Shown in pieces: positions 1 through 10,729 of a stretch of 64,000 nucleotides of DNA (position 1 is its first letter; every line of letters starts with the position of its first letter). The notes beneath the pieces were generated by a model, which saw nothing but the letters and a program-made list of their open reading frames with translations, had not been told where the DNA came from and did no database searches. The DNA comes from an uncultured Veillonellaceae bacterium (GTDB taxonomy: Bacteria > Bacillota > Negativicutes > JARBTT01), in assembly GCA_963805085.1 (NCBI GenBank), contig CAWDTA010000002.1, forward strand, positions 1,664,001 through 1,728,000. The letters are read 5' to 3'. The position numbers and the translations under genes are program-made.

Positions 1-1
1 T

Positions 2-1216
2 ATCTCGACTCTGCGTCTGCCTATCCTAGTTTGGCAAGAAAATTCTTTTTTAAAGGAAATTTTTATTAAGAATATTGGTTATGGAATCTTTTATGGCGTC
101 CTTATCGCGATGTTCCTTTATAATTTATTTATTGTGTTCGTTTTGCGAGATAAGACATATTTATTCTATGTTTTGTATATTTTCTTTATGTTCATTTACC
201 AGTTCAATGCACATGGACATTTAAAACTGTGGCTAAACATTGAGTATTCATTATATAATTCATTGTTTTGGATTTGCTTATCGGCTGGTTTTATTTTTTC
301 AATTTTATTTACTGCAAGCTTTCTACAGGTGCATGATGATGAAGTAGTTTGGTCAAAAATCATAAAAGCATTGCTGGTTACAGCGATAATACAAGGCATT
401 TTAGGAGCATTCGGTTATTCAATTTTGGCAAATAAAATTGCAAATTGTCTAGGAATTATTGAACCATCATTTTTCATGGCTTTGGCTATATTTCGCATTT
501 ATCAAGGTTTTCACCCAGCGATATTTTATCTGCTTGCCTGGGGAATACTTTCCCTGGGCGTTTTGGTATGGATTTTGTCATCATATAGAATTATAGCTGA
601 GAATGTGTTAATGTTTGCAACAGCTTCTGAGGCAATTTTACTCTCTTTAGCCCTGTCAGATAGATTTAAAACCTTGCGGTTAAAAGAATTAGTGCTCACC
701 CGAAATATCCATTATTACCGTGATTTAAGTTTAACGGATGAGTTAACGGGTCTGTATAATAGACGTTACTTAAAAAAGAAAATGCAACAAGAAATAAGTA
801 GGGCGGTTCAGGAAGAAAAAAGCATGGCGCTGATCGTTATGGATATTGATTTCTTCAAAAAATATAATGATACCTACGGACATTGGCAAGGAGATCAGGT
901 ATTGATTCGTTTTAGCGAAGTACTTTTAAATATTTTGGATGGGACGCAAATGGCTTTTCGTTTTGGCGGCGAAGAATTTGTTGTCTTATTGCCTAATTCT
1001 TTTTATGATGATGCTACTGCAATTGCAGAAAGAATTCGTAGTGATTTTGCAGCAGAAGAATTTGTACCTGTTGGAGATAGTTCAGTACATGTAACTATAA
1101 GCGCTGGTTTCTCTATTTTAAAATTAAGTGATACAGAGGAAACCTTATTTGAAAGAGCCGATAAAGCGCTATATCAAGCGAAAAAGTCAGGAAGAAATAA
1201 GGCTGTATTTCTGTAA
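2..1216 (+). CDS. 7TM-DISM-type membrane sensor diguanylate cyclase (5' end lies outside the window)
   Basis: The frame is open from base 2 (ISTLRLPILVW...FYGVLIAMFLYNLF). About 7 hydrophobic segments are followed by D-x-LTGLYNRR, DIDFFKKYND and an intact RFGGEEF motif. Confidence 0.9.
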   Translation: MSTLRLPILVWQENSFLKEIFIKNIGYGIFYGVLIAMFLYNLFIVFVLRDKTYLFYVLYIFFMFIYQFNAHGHLKLWLNIEYSLYNSLFWICLSAGFIFSILFTASFLQVHDDEVVWSKIIKALLVTAIIQGILGAFGYSILANKIANCLGIIEPSFFMALAIFRIYQGFHPAIFYLLAWGILSLGVLVWILSSYRIIAENVLMFATASEAILLSLALSDRFKTLRLKELVLTRNIHYYRDLSLTDELTGLYNRRYLKKKMQQEISRAVQEEKSMALIVMDIDFFKKYNDTYGHWQGDQVLIRFSEVLLNILDGTQMAFRFGGEEFVVLLPNSFYDDATAIAERIRSDFAAEEFVPVGDSSVHVTISAGFSILKLSDTEETLFERADKALYQAKKSGRNKAVFL

Positions 1217-1341
1217 TATTCATTTGCTTAGCAACTAAATCATTGGGATAAGATTATACTCTCTATTTGCATTTCATATCTGTGTGTTAGAAGTTTAGGA
1301 TAGCAGAGTAGCTTGTCCTCCAATAATTAACAAAAAAATAA

Positions 1342-1370
1342 TTGACAATTAATATGACCGATCGTATAAT
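1342..1370 (+). promoter_or_regulatory. Sigma70/A promoter with an overlapping TetR-type operator
   Basis: TTGACA(1342-47)-17 bp-TATAAT(1365-70). The operator ATGACCGATCGTATA (1354-68) recurs inverted at 1451-1465 (14/15 match). Confidence 0.85.
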
Positions 1371-1489
1371 AAAATATAGTTGCAGTTAAAACAATTGCAA
1401 ACGCCTCTATACATTATTTTTAAGAAATATATGTTTTTTTGAATATTAATTATACGATTGGTCATTTTATTAAAAAGGAGTGTTAAAAT

Positions 1490-2650
1490 ATGAAAAACTT
1501 TCAGTTTGTAAATCCTACAAAAATTATTTTTGGTAATGGTGAGATTGCTCAACTCACGAAACAAATTCCTACTACTAGTAAGGTGTTAATACTTTACGGT
1601 GGTGGCAGCGTGAAAAAAACAGGTTTGTTGGAATCGATTAAGGCAGTATTGACTGATTTTCAAGTTGGTGAATTTGGCGGCATTGAGCCTAATCCGACCT
1701 ATGAAACGCTGATGAAAGCTGTGGAAATCATTCGTAAAGAGAAATATGATTTTCTGCTCGCAGTAGGTGGTGGGTCGGTTATTGATGGAACTAAATTTAT
1801 TGCCGCAGCTGCTTTATTTACACAAGGCGATCCTTGGAAATTCATTATAGAGGGGTTACCGATTAGTGCGGCATTACCGTTTGGTACAGTATTGACGTTG
1901 CCTGCTACAGGTTCAGAAATGAACAATGGTGCTGTGATAACGCGGAAACAATTACAGGCTAAAATACCATTTATGAGTGCAAAGGTATTTCCACAATTTT
2001 CGATACTCGACCCACTTTATACATATACGTTACCGAAAAAACAAATTGCGAATGGTGTTGTGGATGCATTTATTCATGTAATGGAGCAATATCTGACGTA
2101 TTCAGTGGCTGGAAAAGTGCAGGATCGGTTCTCGGAAGGATTGCTCTTAACTTTAGTGGAAGAAGGTCCAAAAGCTTTGCAAGATCCAGAAAATTATGAT
2201 GTACGAGCGAATCTAATGTGGACGGCTACGTTAGCGTTAAACGGCTTGATTGGTAGCGGTGTACCGCAGGATTGGTCTACGCATATGGTAGGTCATGAAA
2301 TTACTGCATTATATGGCCTTGATCATGCACAGACATTGGCGATTGTATTGCCTTCCATGCTAGAAGTGATGAAGGCAGAGAAACTAGAAAAACTTCTTCA
2401 ATATGGTGAGCGAATTTGGAATCTAAGTATGGATTTATCGCCAGATGGAAAAAGCGCATTAGCGATTGAAAAAACCAGAGATTTCTTTGAAGCAATGGGC
2501 GTGAAAACTCGTTTAGCTGATTATGGATTAGGAAAAGATGTAATTGAAAAAATTATTGCAAGTTTGGAATCACATGGAATGGTCAAACTTGGTGAAAAAG
2601 GTACGGTGACTCCTGACGTTGTTCGTCAAGTATTGAAACTTAGCTTATAA
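1490..2650 (+). CDS. Iron-containing alcohol/aldehyde dehydrogenase (YqhD/BdhA family)
   Basis: NPTKIIFG, GIEPNP, LAVGGGSVIDGTK, TLPATGSEMN and metal-binding His motifs; RBS AAGGAG. Confidence 0.93.
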   Translation: MKNFQFVNPTKIIFGNGEIAQLTKQIPTTSKVLILYGGGSVKKTGLLESIKAVLTDFQVGEFGGIEPNPTYETLMKAVEIIRKEKYDFLLAVGGGSVIDGTKFIAAAALFTQGDPWKFIIEGLPISAALPFGTVLTLPATGSEMNNGAVITRKQLQAKIPFMSAKVFPQFSILDPLYTYTLPKKQIANGVVDAFIHVMEQYLTYSVAGKVQDRFSEGLLLTLVEEGPKALQDPENYDVRANLMWTATLALNGLIGSGVPQDWSTHMVGHEITALYGLDHAQTLAIVLPSMLEVMKAEKLEKLLQYGERIWNLSMDLSPDGKSALAIEKTRDFFEAMGVKTRLADYGLGKDVIEKIIASLESHGMVKLGEKGTVTPDVVRQVLKLSL

Positions 2651-2665
2651 AAGGAGAGATAGAAG

Positions 2666-3799
2666 ATGGAAAACAATAAACAATTTATAAATCATGATTT
2701 AGATATTTTATATCAACCAGTAGCACTAGGTGATTTAACGTTACCAAATCGTATTGTTATGGCACCAATGACAAGAGGATTTTCACCTGATGGCGTGCCG
2801 GGGGCTGATGTGGTAGGATATTATAGAAGACGTGCAGAAAATCAAGTAGGTCTGATTGTTACTGAAGGTACATTGATTAATCATCCAGCAGCTGCAGAAG
2901 GGTTAGGACGACCTAATTTTCATGGGGAAGCAGCGTTACATGGTTGGGCTCAAGTTGTCGAGGCCGTTCATCAGGCTGGAGGTAAAATCATTCCTCAGTT
3001 ATGGCATGTTGGTATGGCGCGGAAAATCGATGGCGAAAATCCAAATCCAGAAGCTTTGCCGATTGGCCCATCGGGGATTGATGTAGTTTCCGGTGAAAAA
3101 GTGACAAAAAATATGACAATAGCAGAAATTGAACAGATTATCAAGGCTTTTGCTGTGGCTGCTGGTGATGCTAAACGGCTGGGCTTTGATGGAATCGAGA
3201 TCCATGGTGCACATGGTTATCTCATCGATCAGTTCTTTTGGGAAAAGACCAATCAACGTCAAGATAAATATGGTGGAGATTTGCAGGGGCGCTCGCGCTT
3301 TGCTGTGGAAATCATAGAAGCTTGCCGCCAGACTGTTGGCTCAGATTTTCCGATTGTATTTCGTTTTTCTCAATGGAAAATGGGAGATTATAGTGCAAAA
3401 TTGGCAAATACACCAGAGGAGCTTGCTGCATTTTTAGCACCGTTAGTTGAGGCTGGGGTAGACATTTTTCATTGTTCAACACGTCGTTATTGGCAGCCAG
3501 AGTTTGACGGGTCACCGCTAAACTTGGCGGGCTGGACAAAGAAAATAACGGGAAAACCAACGATTACTGTTGGATCCGTTGGTCTTGATACCAATTTCAT
3601 TGAATTCTTTGCTGAAGGAAAAGGCGCGAAGGCGACGAGTCTTACACCGCTCATCGAGAGATTGGAAAAGAATGAATTTGATGTAGTGGCAGTGGGGAGA
3701 GCACTATTGGCTGATCCAGCTTGGGCAACTAAAACACGTGAAAATAGAATCGATGAACTCATTCCGTTTGAACTTGGCGTAGAAAAAACATTATCGTAA
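2666..3799 (+). CDS. NADH:flavin oxidoreductase (old yellow enzyme family)
   Basis: NRIVMAPMTR, QLWHVG, EIHGAHGYLIDQF, N-x-R-x-D-x-YGG, GRALLADP. Confidence 0.93.
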   Translation: MENNKQFINHDLDILYQPVALGDLTLPNRIVMAPMTRGFSPDGVPGADVVGYYRRRAENQVGLIVTEGTLINHPAAAEGLGRPNFHGEAALHGWAQVVEAVHQAGGKIIPQLWHVGMARKIDGENPNPEALPIGPSGIDVVSGEKVTKNMTIAEIEQIIKAFAVAAGDAKRLGFDGIEIHGAHGYLIDQFFWEKTNQRQDKYGGDLQGRSRFAVEIIEACRQTVGSDFPIVFRFSQWKMGDYSAKLANTPEELAAFLAPLVEAGVDIFHCSTRRYWQPEFDGSPLNLAGWTKKITGKPTITVGSVGLDTNFIEFFAEGKGAKATSLTPLIERLEKNEFDVVAVGRALLADPAWATKTRENRIDELIPFELGVEKTLS

Positions 3800-3871
3800 T
3801 CTCTTTTTGAAAAAAAGGAGAGAATGGGAAGCCAACCTATAGGATGCAATTCTAGGAGGAAGTGATACCAC

Positions 3872-4486
3872 ATGGCTAGAAAAAAAAGTGCTGATTTAGA
3901 AAGAACGAAACAAACCTTATTAGAAGTGGGGTTGTCACTTTTTCAAGAAAAAGGTTTCAATGGAACAGGAATTCAAGAAATCGCCACATTAGCGGATATT
4001 CCAAAAGGATCTTTCTACAATTATTTTTCTAGTAAAGAAGATTTTGGTGTAGCAGTAATTCATTATTATACTGAAACAAGTATGGAGGAATGGACGAATC
4101 TTCTAGATACCGCGACGCAGCAAGAAGATTCCTATAAAGCGTTGGGGACGGCATTTTTGGCGATTATTGAAAAGTACCGCTGTGCTGAGATAAAAAAAGG
4201 TTGCTTACTTGGCAATCTGGCCGGCGAAATCAGTGAAGCTAGTGAAGATTGTCGCAAGGCATTGCAGCAGTCGGTAAATGAATATAAAGATATTTTGGCG
4301 CGACGTCTACTGATTGGACAGCAACTAGGAAAAGTAAGAAGTGATTTGCCAGCGCAATGTTTGGCGGATTTGGTTTGGGACTGTTGGCAGGGAAGTCTTC
4401 TGCGAATGAAAATTGAAAAATCTGTAGAACCAGTCAACAAGGCAATAGAACTGTTATTCCACTATATGTTGCTACCTGTCAAGTAG
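3872..4486 (+). CDS. TetR-family regulator, NemR-like
   Basis: N-terminal HTH (GFNGTGIQEIA...PKGSFYNYFSSKE), GCLLGNL motif; last gene of the ADH-OYE operon. Confidence 0.9.
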   Translation: MARKKSADLERTKQTLLEVGLSLFQEKGFNGTGIQEIATLADIPKGSFYNYFSSKEDFGVAVIHYYTETSMEEWTNLLDTATQQEDSYKALGTAFLAIIEKYRCAEIKKGCLLGNLAGEISEASEDCRKALQQSVNEYKDILARRLLIGQQLGKVRSDLPAQCLADLVWDCWQGSLLRMKIEKSVEPVNKAIELLFHYMLLPVK

Positions 4487-4538
4487 TAAAGGAGCATAAA
4501 TAAGAAGCTATTGCAAGACTGAGGATGGAGGTCTTTAA

Positions 4539-5342
4539 ATGGATTTATACAAGATTAAAGATAACATCAATATATTGAGTGGTTTTCTTGGCAAAAGAGA
4601 TATACCTACTTTGTCTAGTGTTGCTTTAAAAGAAAATTATAAAATTTCACAAGCGGATATGCTGATTTTATTTGGTGGTAGTATTCCCGATGGTTGTGAT
4701 GTAGTTGGCGAGGCTGTTTTAAATAATATGGCTAAACATTTTATGATCGTTGGTGGAGAGGGACACACTACCGAGAGTCTGCGTCAAGCTGTCCACAAGT
4801 CTTATCCTCAAATAGTAACTGCAAGTAGAAGTGAAGCAGATATTATGGCGGAGTATATAAGCTGGAAATATGGTATTGATAAAATATTGCTAGAACGTAA
4901 TTCAACCAATTGTGGAAATAATGTCACGTATGCGTTAGAGCTTATGAAGCAAAATAGAATTTTTCCAAGAAGCATTATTATCGTCCAAGATGCAACGATG
5001 CAGCGGCGAATGGATGCTGGTTTTCGTAAATACCTTGAAAGCGCAGAAGTTCAACTTATAAATTTTGCTGCCTATAAAGTTCGCGTTGAAGTAAGAGATG
5101 AAAAATTAGTTATTGAGCCGTCAGATCTTTGGGGAATGTGGGGTATAGAAAGATATATTTCTTTGTTATTGGGAGAAATTCCGAGATTGCTTGACAATAC
5201 CAATGGCTATGGTCCTAATGGTAAAGCATATATTGCACACGTGGATATTCCTCTGAATGTAGTAAAGGCATTTGAGGAATTACAAACAGATTATGGAGAT
5301 TTGCTTAGAGTGGAAAATTCTTTATACACTTCTAAACAATAA
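4539..5342 (+). CDS. YdcF/DUF218 family protein
   Basis: LILFGGS, GGEGHTT, SEADIMA, E-x-x-STNCGNN, VQDATMQRR. Confidence 0.85.
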   Translation: MDLYKIKDNINILSGFLGKRDIPTLSSVALKENYKISQADMLILFGGSIPDGCDVVGEAVLNNMAKHFMIVGGEGHTTESLRQAVHKSYPQIVTASRSEADIMAEYISWKYGIDKILLERNSTNCGNNVTYALELMKQNRIFPRSIIIVQDATMQRRMDAGFRKYLESAEVQLINFAAYKVRVEVRDEKLVIEPSDLWGMWGIERYISLLLGEIPRLLDNTNGYGPNGKAYIAHVDIPLNVVKAFEELQTDYGDLLRVENSLYTSKQ

Positions 5343-5419
5343 AGGGAAGTAGCAAAATAGTGAGCAATGGGATAGAGCAGATTGTTTGTTATAAATAGTT
5401 CAGATCATATTTTATAAGT

Positions 5420-5458
5420 AAAAGCCGTTAGAAAAAATGATAATTTCTAACGGCTTTT
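5420..5458 (+). terminator. Intrinsic terminator
   Basis: AAAAGCCGTTAGAAA...TTTCTAACGGCTTTT inverted repeat after the DUF218 gene. Confidence 0.75.
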
Positions 5459-5711
5459 GCTATGTGTAGAAATGTGTTTGTTATTTATTTGAAAAAAAAA
5501 CAATATAAGCCATTTAAATTTAGGGGCTATAAAGAATATATATAATTGTGAGCCAATATACAGGAAGCTTTTCAAGGGGGGAAGATATAAAAAAATTGAA
5601 TATTTTTGATGAAAGGTAGGTGCTTTGCAAGAAAAATATTGGAGTAGAAGGATTGATGAGTTCTAGATTTTCCTAACTTACTAAATGAATAATATGAGGA
5701 GAGGTTTATCA

Positions 5712-8396
5712 ATGAGTACAAATTATAAAACTCGTTTTACAGAATTGTATAATAAAATTCATGATTCGAGCAACGGTTATTTTAGTTCCGACGGGATTCC
5801 TTACCATTCGGTTGAGACCTTAATATGTGAAGCACCTGATTATGGTCATTTGACAACAAGTGAAGCTTTTAGTTACTATGTGTGGCTTGAAGCAGTGAAT
5901 GGGAAAATTACAGGTGACTGGACTGGGCTTGTTACGGCGTGGGAAAAAATGGAGAAATATATGATTCCTACTACTGCGGACCAGCCAGCAAGCGGCTATG
6001 ATGATTCAAAGCCTGCTACTTATGCAGGGGAATGGGAACAGCCAAGCATGTATCCTAGTAAGCTTGAGTTTAGCACCCCTGTAGGCAAAGACCCTATCTT
6101 TAGCGATCTTAAAAACACCTACGGAGCCGATTTTATGTATGGCATGCATTGGCTCTTGGATGTGGATAATTGGTATGGGTATGGTACTAGAGGAGACGGG
6201 GTTACTAAACCTTCATACATTAATACATTCCAACGTGGTGAACAGGAATCCGTATGGGAAACCGTACCACAGCCATCCTGGGAAGCATTTAAAGCGGGTG
6301 GTCCAAATGGTTTCCTTGATTTATTTACTGGAGATTCGAGTTATTCTAAACAGTGGCGTTATACGAATGCGCCTGATGCGGATGCCCGGACAGTACAAGC
6401 AATGTATTGGGCTAATATATGGGCAAAGGAACAAGGGGTTGACCTAAGTTCATTGGTGAGCAAGGCATCAAAGATGGGTGACTATTTAAGGTATACATTG
6501 TTTGATAAATACTTTAAGCAAATCGGGTGCCAAGATAAGACGAATAAAGGGACAGGTTATGATTCCTGTAGTTATTTGATATCTTGGTACTATGCGTGGG
6601 GTGGAGGAATCAATGCTAACTGGGCATGGAAGATAGGTTGCAGTCATAATCATTTTGGGTATCAGAATCCTTTTGTTGCGTGGATATTGTCTAACGACAG
6701 CAGTTTCAAACCGAAATCTTCACAAGGTGCGGCAGATTGGGGTAAAAGCTTGACACGCCAGTTGGAGTTTTATCAATGGCTGCAGTCGGCAGAGGGCGCT
6801 ATTGCCGGTGGGGCAACAAACTCCTACAACGGAAGATATGAAGCGTATCCAGCAGGTACTGCTACCTTTTACGATATGGCTTATGTGGAAAATCCTGTAT
6901 ATAAAGATCCGGGGAGTAATACCTGGTTTGGCATGCAGGCTTGGTCTATGCAGCGTGTAGCACAATATTACTATAAGACTGGAGACAAAAAAGCACAAGA
7001 TCTACTTGGCAGGTGGGTAAAATGGATTAAACAATCCGTTAAGTTAAATACAGACGGTACCTTTGCAATACCTTCAACACTTAGCTGGTCTGGTCAACCC
7101 GATACATGGGCTGGCAGCTATACAGGAAATTCAGAGTTGCATGTGACGATAGTAAAATACGGCACAGATCTTGGTATTACAGGTTCACTGGCAAACGCAT
7201 TACTCTATTACAGTGCAGGTACAAAATTATGGTCTACGTATGATGATGATTCACGCGTGCTGGCGAAAGAATTGCTTGATCGTATGTGGACTTTATTCAC
7301 AGATTCGAAAGGTTTGTCCGCTACGGAGTCAATGGATACGTACAATCGTTTCTTCGATCAGGAAGTATACATTCCAACCGGTTGGTCCGGAAAAATGGCA
7401 AATGGTGATGTGATCAAGCCGGGAATTAAATTCATCGACATTCGTTCAAAATATAAGGAGGATCCTGATTGGGCTAAGGTCGAGAGTGCATATAAAGCAG
7501 GGGAAAATCCTTCGTTTAATTATCACAGATTTTGGGGGCAATGTGATATCGCCTTGGCAAATGCTACTTACTATCTATTGTTTAGCGAGGCAGTATCCAC
7601 AGTAGCGGTAGAGGTTACAGTGCCGACAGAAGGACAATCCTTCGAATATCCTTCTAAGGCAAGCCCGATAACAATTTCTGCGGATGCTTCGACCACAAGC
7701 GGGACAATCAGCAAAGTGACGTTTTTTGCCAACGGTACTAAGATTGGCGAATCGACTGCCTCTCCGTACAGCATAACTTGGTATCCGACAGGATATGCGC
7801 AGAGTGCGACTGGAATCGACTCGTATGCAATTACGGCAAGTGCTACAGACAGCAATGGTACAAGCGCTATCTCTGCTCCTGTAAATATTAAAATCAAACT
7901 GCCGATACGGCCTGAACCTGTCGGGAATTTGACACTAGAGGCCTACAATGGCAGTACAGCAGCAACAACCAATAGTATAAGTCCTAAAATCAAAATTACG
8001 AATTCCGGTGAGAACGAGGTAAGCCTGAGTACAGTAACAGTAAGATACTATTACACGATTGATACTGAAAAGGGTCAAAGCTTCTGGTGTGATAATGCAG
8101 CGATAACATCGGGGACTTACCGGAATTTAACAAGTAGTGTAACTGGTAGTTTTGTAAAAATGAGCACGGCAAAATCCGGTGCAGATTATTATCTTGAAAT
8201 TGGCTTTACAGCGGCAGCAGGCAGTCTTGCAGCGGGTGAGATTGTAGAACTACAGCTCCGGTTTGCCAAAAACGACTGGTCAAATTATACCCAGTCGAAT
8301 GATTATTCATTCAACTCCAGTGCCTCAACGTATGACGATGGTAGTAAGATAACTGCTTATATCTCCAGCCAGTTAATTTCTGGTACAGAGCCATAA
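5712..8396 (+). CDS. GH48 cellobiohydrolase with Ig-like and CBM3 modules, no signal peptide
   Basis: GH48 motifs [54 protein letters not shown]. Ig-like segment ([15 protein letters not shown]) then CBM3 (VRYYYT...YYLEIGFT...NDYSF...GTEP). ATG 5712 follows GAGGAGAGG. Confidence 0.95.
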   Translation: MSTNYKTRFTELYNKIHDSSNGYFSSDGIPYHSVETLICEAPDYGHLTTSEAFSYYVWLEAVNGKITGDWTGLVTAWEKMEKYMIPTTADQPASGYDDSKPATYAGEWEQPSMYPSKLEFSTPVGKDPIFSDLKNTYGADFMYGMHWLLDVDNWYGYGTRGDGVTKPSYINTFQRGEQESVWETVPQPSWEAFKAGGPNGFLDLFTGDSSYSKQWRYTNAPDADARTVQAMYWANIWAKEQGVDLSSLVSKASKMGDYLRYTLFDKYFKQIGCQDKTNKGTGYDSCSYLISWYYAWGGGINANWAWKIGCSHNHFGYQNPFVAWILSNDSSFKPKSSQGAADWGKSLTRQLEFYQWLQSAEGAIAGGATNSYNGRYEAYPAGTATFYDMAYVENPVYKDPGSNTWFGMQAWSMQRVAQYYYKTGDKKAQDLLGRWVKWIKQSVKLNTDGTFAIPSTLSWSGQPDTWAGSYTGNSELHVTIVKYGTDLGITGSLANALLYYSAGTKLWSTYDDDSRVLAKELLDRMWTLFTDSKGLSATESMDTYNRFFDQEVYIPTGWSGKMANGDVIKPGIKFIDIRSKYKEDPDWAKVESAYKAGENPSFNYHRFWGQCDIALANATYYLLFSEAVSTVAVEVTVPTEGQSFEYPSKASPITISADASTTSGTISKVTFFANGTKIGESTASPYSITWYPTGYAQSATGIDSYAITASATDSNGTSAISAPVNIKIKLPIRPEPVGNLTLEAYNGSTAATTNSISPKIKITNSGENEVSLSTVTVRYYYTIDTEKGQSFWCDNAAITSGTYRNLTSSVTGSFVKMSTAKSGADYYLEIGFTAAAGSLAAGEIVELQLRFAKNDWSNYTQSNDYSFNSSASTYDDGSKITAYISSQLISGTEP

Positions 8397-8453
8397 ACAT
8401 AATGATTTAACCTAAATAAAATTATTAATAAGAAACAAAAGAATAAATAATGA

Positions 8454-8515
8454 GTCATGTTGTTATGAGGGCTTTGATGGCAACAATTAGCTTTAGCCTC
8501 TCATAACAACATGAC
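8454..8515 (+). other. Long intergenic stem-loop between GH48 and GH9
   Basis: Perfect 16-bp arms GTCATGTTGTTATGAG / CTCATAACAACATGAC with no U-tract directly at the base. Confidence 0.75.
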
Positions 8516-8570
8516 ATATAATTTTTTAGTTCGTTTTTTACATTATGTGTCGAAAGGAAGAGGTAGTAAA

Positions 8571-10667
8571 ATGGCAAATTCTAGAGGACTTGATTACTCT
8601 TTGGCGCTTAAAAATTCTATTATATTTTATGATGCTAACAAGTGTGGGAAGGACGTAGAAACGAATAATGAATTTTCCTGGAGAAGTGCATGTCATACTA
8701 GTGATGGCAGTGATAAAGGACTTGATCTAACAGGGGGCTATCATGATGCGGGTGATCATGTTAAGTTTGGATTGAATCAAGGATATGCAGCAGCAGTATT
8801 AGGGTGGGCATTATACGAATTCAAGGATACATTCGATGCAACAGGAAATACTGAAAAACTGCTTCAGCAAATAAAGCACTTTACAGATTATTTTTTAAAG
8901 AGTCACTCAAGTAGTGATATTTTCTACTATCAAGTGGGGGATGGAGATGTAGACCATTCTTATTGGGGATCGCCAGAGAATCAGACGAATGCTAGAACAA
9001 CTATGTATTTTGCGGATGCAACTCATCCAGCTTCTGATATTTTAGGCGAAACGTCTGCTGCACTGAGCCTTATGTACTTAAATTATAAAGACAAAGATGC
9101 TGATTATGCTAAGCAGTGCTTACAGACAGCAAAAGAGTTATATCAATTAGGGAAGGCCAATCAAGGTAAGGGCAATGGACAATCCTATTATACATCGTCA
9201 GATTATGCTGATGATTTAGCGTGGGCGGCTGTCTGGTTATATGTTGCAGTAAATGATGCGCAGTATCTTTCTGATGCTAAAAATTTTATCGTGTTAAATT
9301 CGACATCCTTGCAAAATAATTGGACAATGACTTGGGATAGTATGAAGCTTCCAGTAATCCTAAGACTGGGATATATAACTGGAGAGCAAACATACAAAGA
9401 TGCAATGGAATATAACTTTAATTATTGGAAAAATACATTAAAAACTACATCAGGCGGCTTGAAATTTTTAAGCGAGTGGGGTGTTTTAAGGTATGCCGCA
9501 GCAGAGTCGATGCTGGCACTAGTTTACTATAAGCATACTAAGGATGAGACACTTAAAACTCTGGCTAAATCACAGATCGATTATATTTTAGGAAATAACC
9601 CTGCTAATATCTCCTATATGATAGGTTTCGGTGATAATTGGCCGAAGCATCCTCATCACCGAGCTGCAAATGGGTATACATACGCTAACAATGATTATCT
9701 AAAGGAAGCTAAACATCTTCTTCTTGGAGCATTGGTTGGCGGACCGGATGCGAATGATAACTTTACAGATGATGTAACTAAGTACCAGTATACTGAGGTT
9801 GCCATTGATTATAATGCCGGTTTAGTAGGAGCACTTGCCGGTATGGTTAAAGTTAGCGGTTCGACTTCGGCAGTAACGGCAGAGGTTACAGCGCCGTCAG
9901 AAGGACAATCCTTCGAATATCCTTCTAAGGCAAGCCCGATAACAATTTCTGCGGATGCTTCGACCACAAGCGGGACAATCAGCAAAGTGACGTTTTTTGC
10001 CAACGGTACTAAGATTGGCGAATCGACTGCCTCTCCGTACAGCATAACTTGGTATCCGACAGGATATGCGCAGAGTGCGACTGGAATCGACTCGTATGCA
10101 ATTACGGCAAGTGCTACAGACAGTAATAGTACAAGCGCTATCTCTGCTCCTGTAAATATTAAAATCAAACTGCCGATACGACCTGAACCTGTCGGAAATT
10201 TGACACTAGAGGCCTACAATGGCAGTACAGCAGCAACAACCAATAGCATAAGTCCTAAAATCAAAATTACGAATTCCGGTCAGAGTGCGGTAAACCTGAG
10301 TACAGTAACAGTAAGATATTATTACACGATTGATACTGAAAAGGGTCAAAGCTTCTGGTGTGATAGTGCAGCAATAACATCGGGTACTTACCGAAACTTA
10401 ACAAGTAGTGTAACTGGCAGTTTTGTAAAAATGAGCACGGCAAAATCCGGTGCAGATTATTATCTTGAAATTGGTTTTACAGCGGCAGCAGGCAGTCTTG
10501 CAGCAGGTGAGACTGCAGAACTACAGCTCCGGTTTGCCAAAAACGACTGGTCAGATTATACCCAGTCGAATGATTACTCATTCAATTCCAGTGCCTCAAC
10601 ATATGCCGATGTCAGTAAGATAACTCTTTATATTTCCAGTCAGTTAATTTGTGGTACAGAACCGTGA
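8571..10667 (+). CDS. GH9 endoglucanase with Ig-like and CBM3 modules, no signal peptide
   Basis: DLTGGYHDAGDHVKF, HPHHR, GALVGGP, TEVAIDYNAG. ATG 8571 follows the RBS AAAGGAAGAGG; the ORF-track start at 8511 falls inside the stem-loop. Confidence 0.95.
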   Translation: MANSRGLDYSLALKNSIIFYDANKCGKDVETNNEFSWRSACHTSDGSDKGLDLTGGYHDAGDHVKFGLNQGYAAAVLGWALYEFKDTFDATGNTEKLLQQIKHFTDYFLKSHSSSDIFYYQVGDGDVDHSYWGSPENQTNARTTMYFADATHPASDILGETSAALSLMYLNYKDKDADYAKQCLQTAKELYQLGKANQGKGNGQSYYTSSDYADDLAWAAVWLYVAVNDAQYLSDAKNFIVLNSTSLQNNWTMTWDSMKLPVILRLGYITGEQTYKDAMEYNFNYWKNTLKTTSGGLKFLSEWGVLRYAAAESMLALVYYKHTKDETLKTLAKSQIDYILGNNPANISYMIGFGDNWPKHPHHRAANGYTYANNDYLKEAKHLLLGALVGGPDANDNFTDDVTKYQYTEVAIDYNAGLVGALAGMVKVSGSTSAVTAEVTAPSEGQSFEYPSKASPITISADASTTSGTISKVTFFANGTKIGESTASPYSITWYPTGYAQSATGIDSYAITASATDSNSTSAISAPVNIKIKLPIRPEPVGNLTLEAYNGSTAATTNSISPKIKITNSGQSAVNLSTVTVRYYYTIDTEKGQSFWCDSAAITSGTYRNLTSSVTGSFVKMSTAKSGADYYLEIGFTAAAGSLAAGETAELQLRFAKNDWSDYTQSNDYSFNSSASTYADVSKITLYISSQLICGTEP

Positions 10668-10729
10668 AATACTATTGAACAGGTATAAAACAGTGGTGCT
10701 GTTAAATAAAAAAAGTAGGTGGAAAGAGT

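Noticed and set aside
5460-5700. Sporulation-sigma promoter or c-di-GMP riboswitch upstream of GH48
   Set aside because: AT-rich sequence with no convincing match to either by eye.
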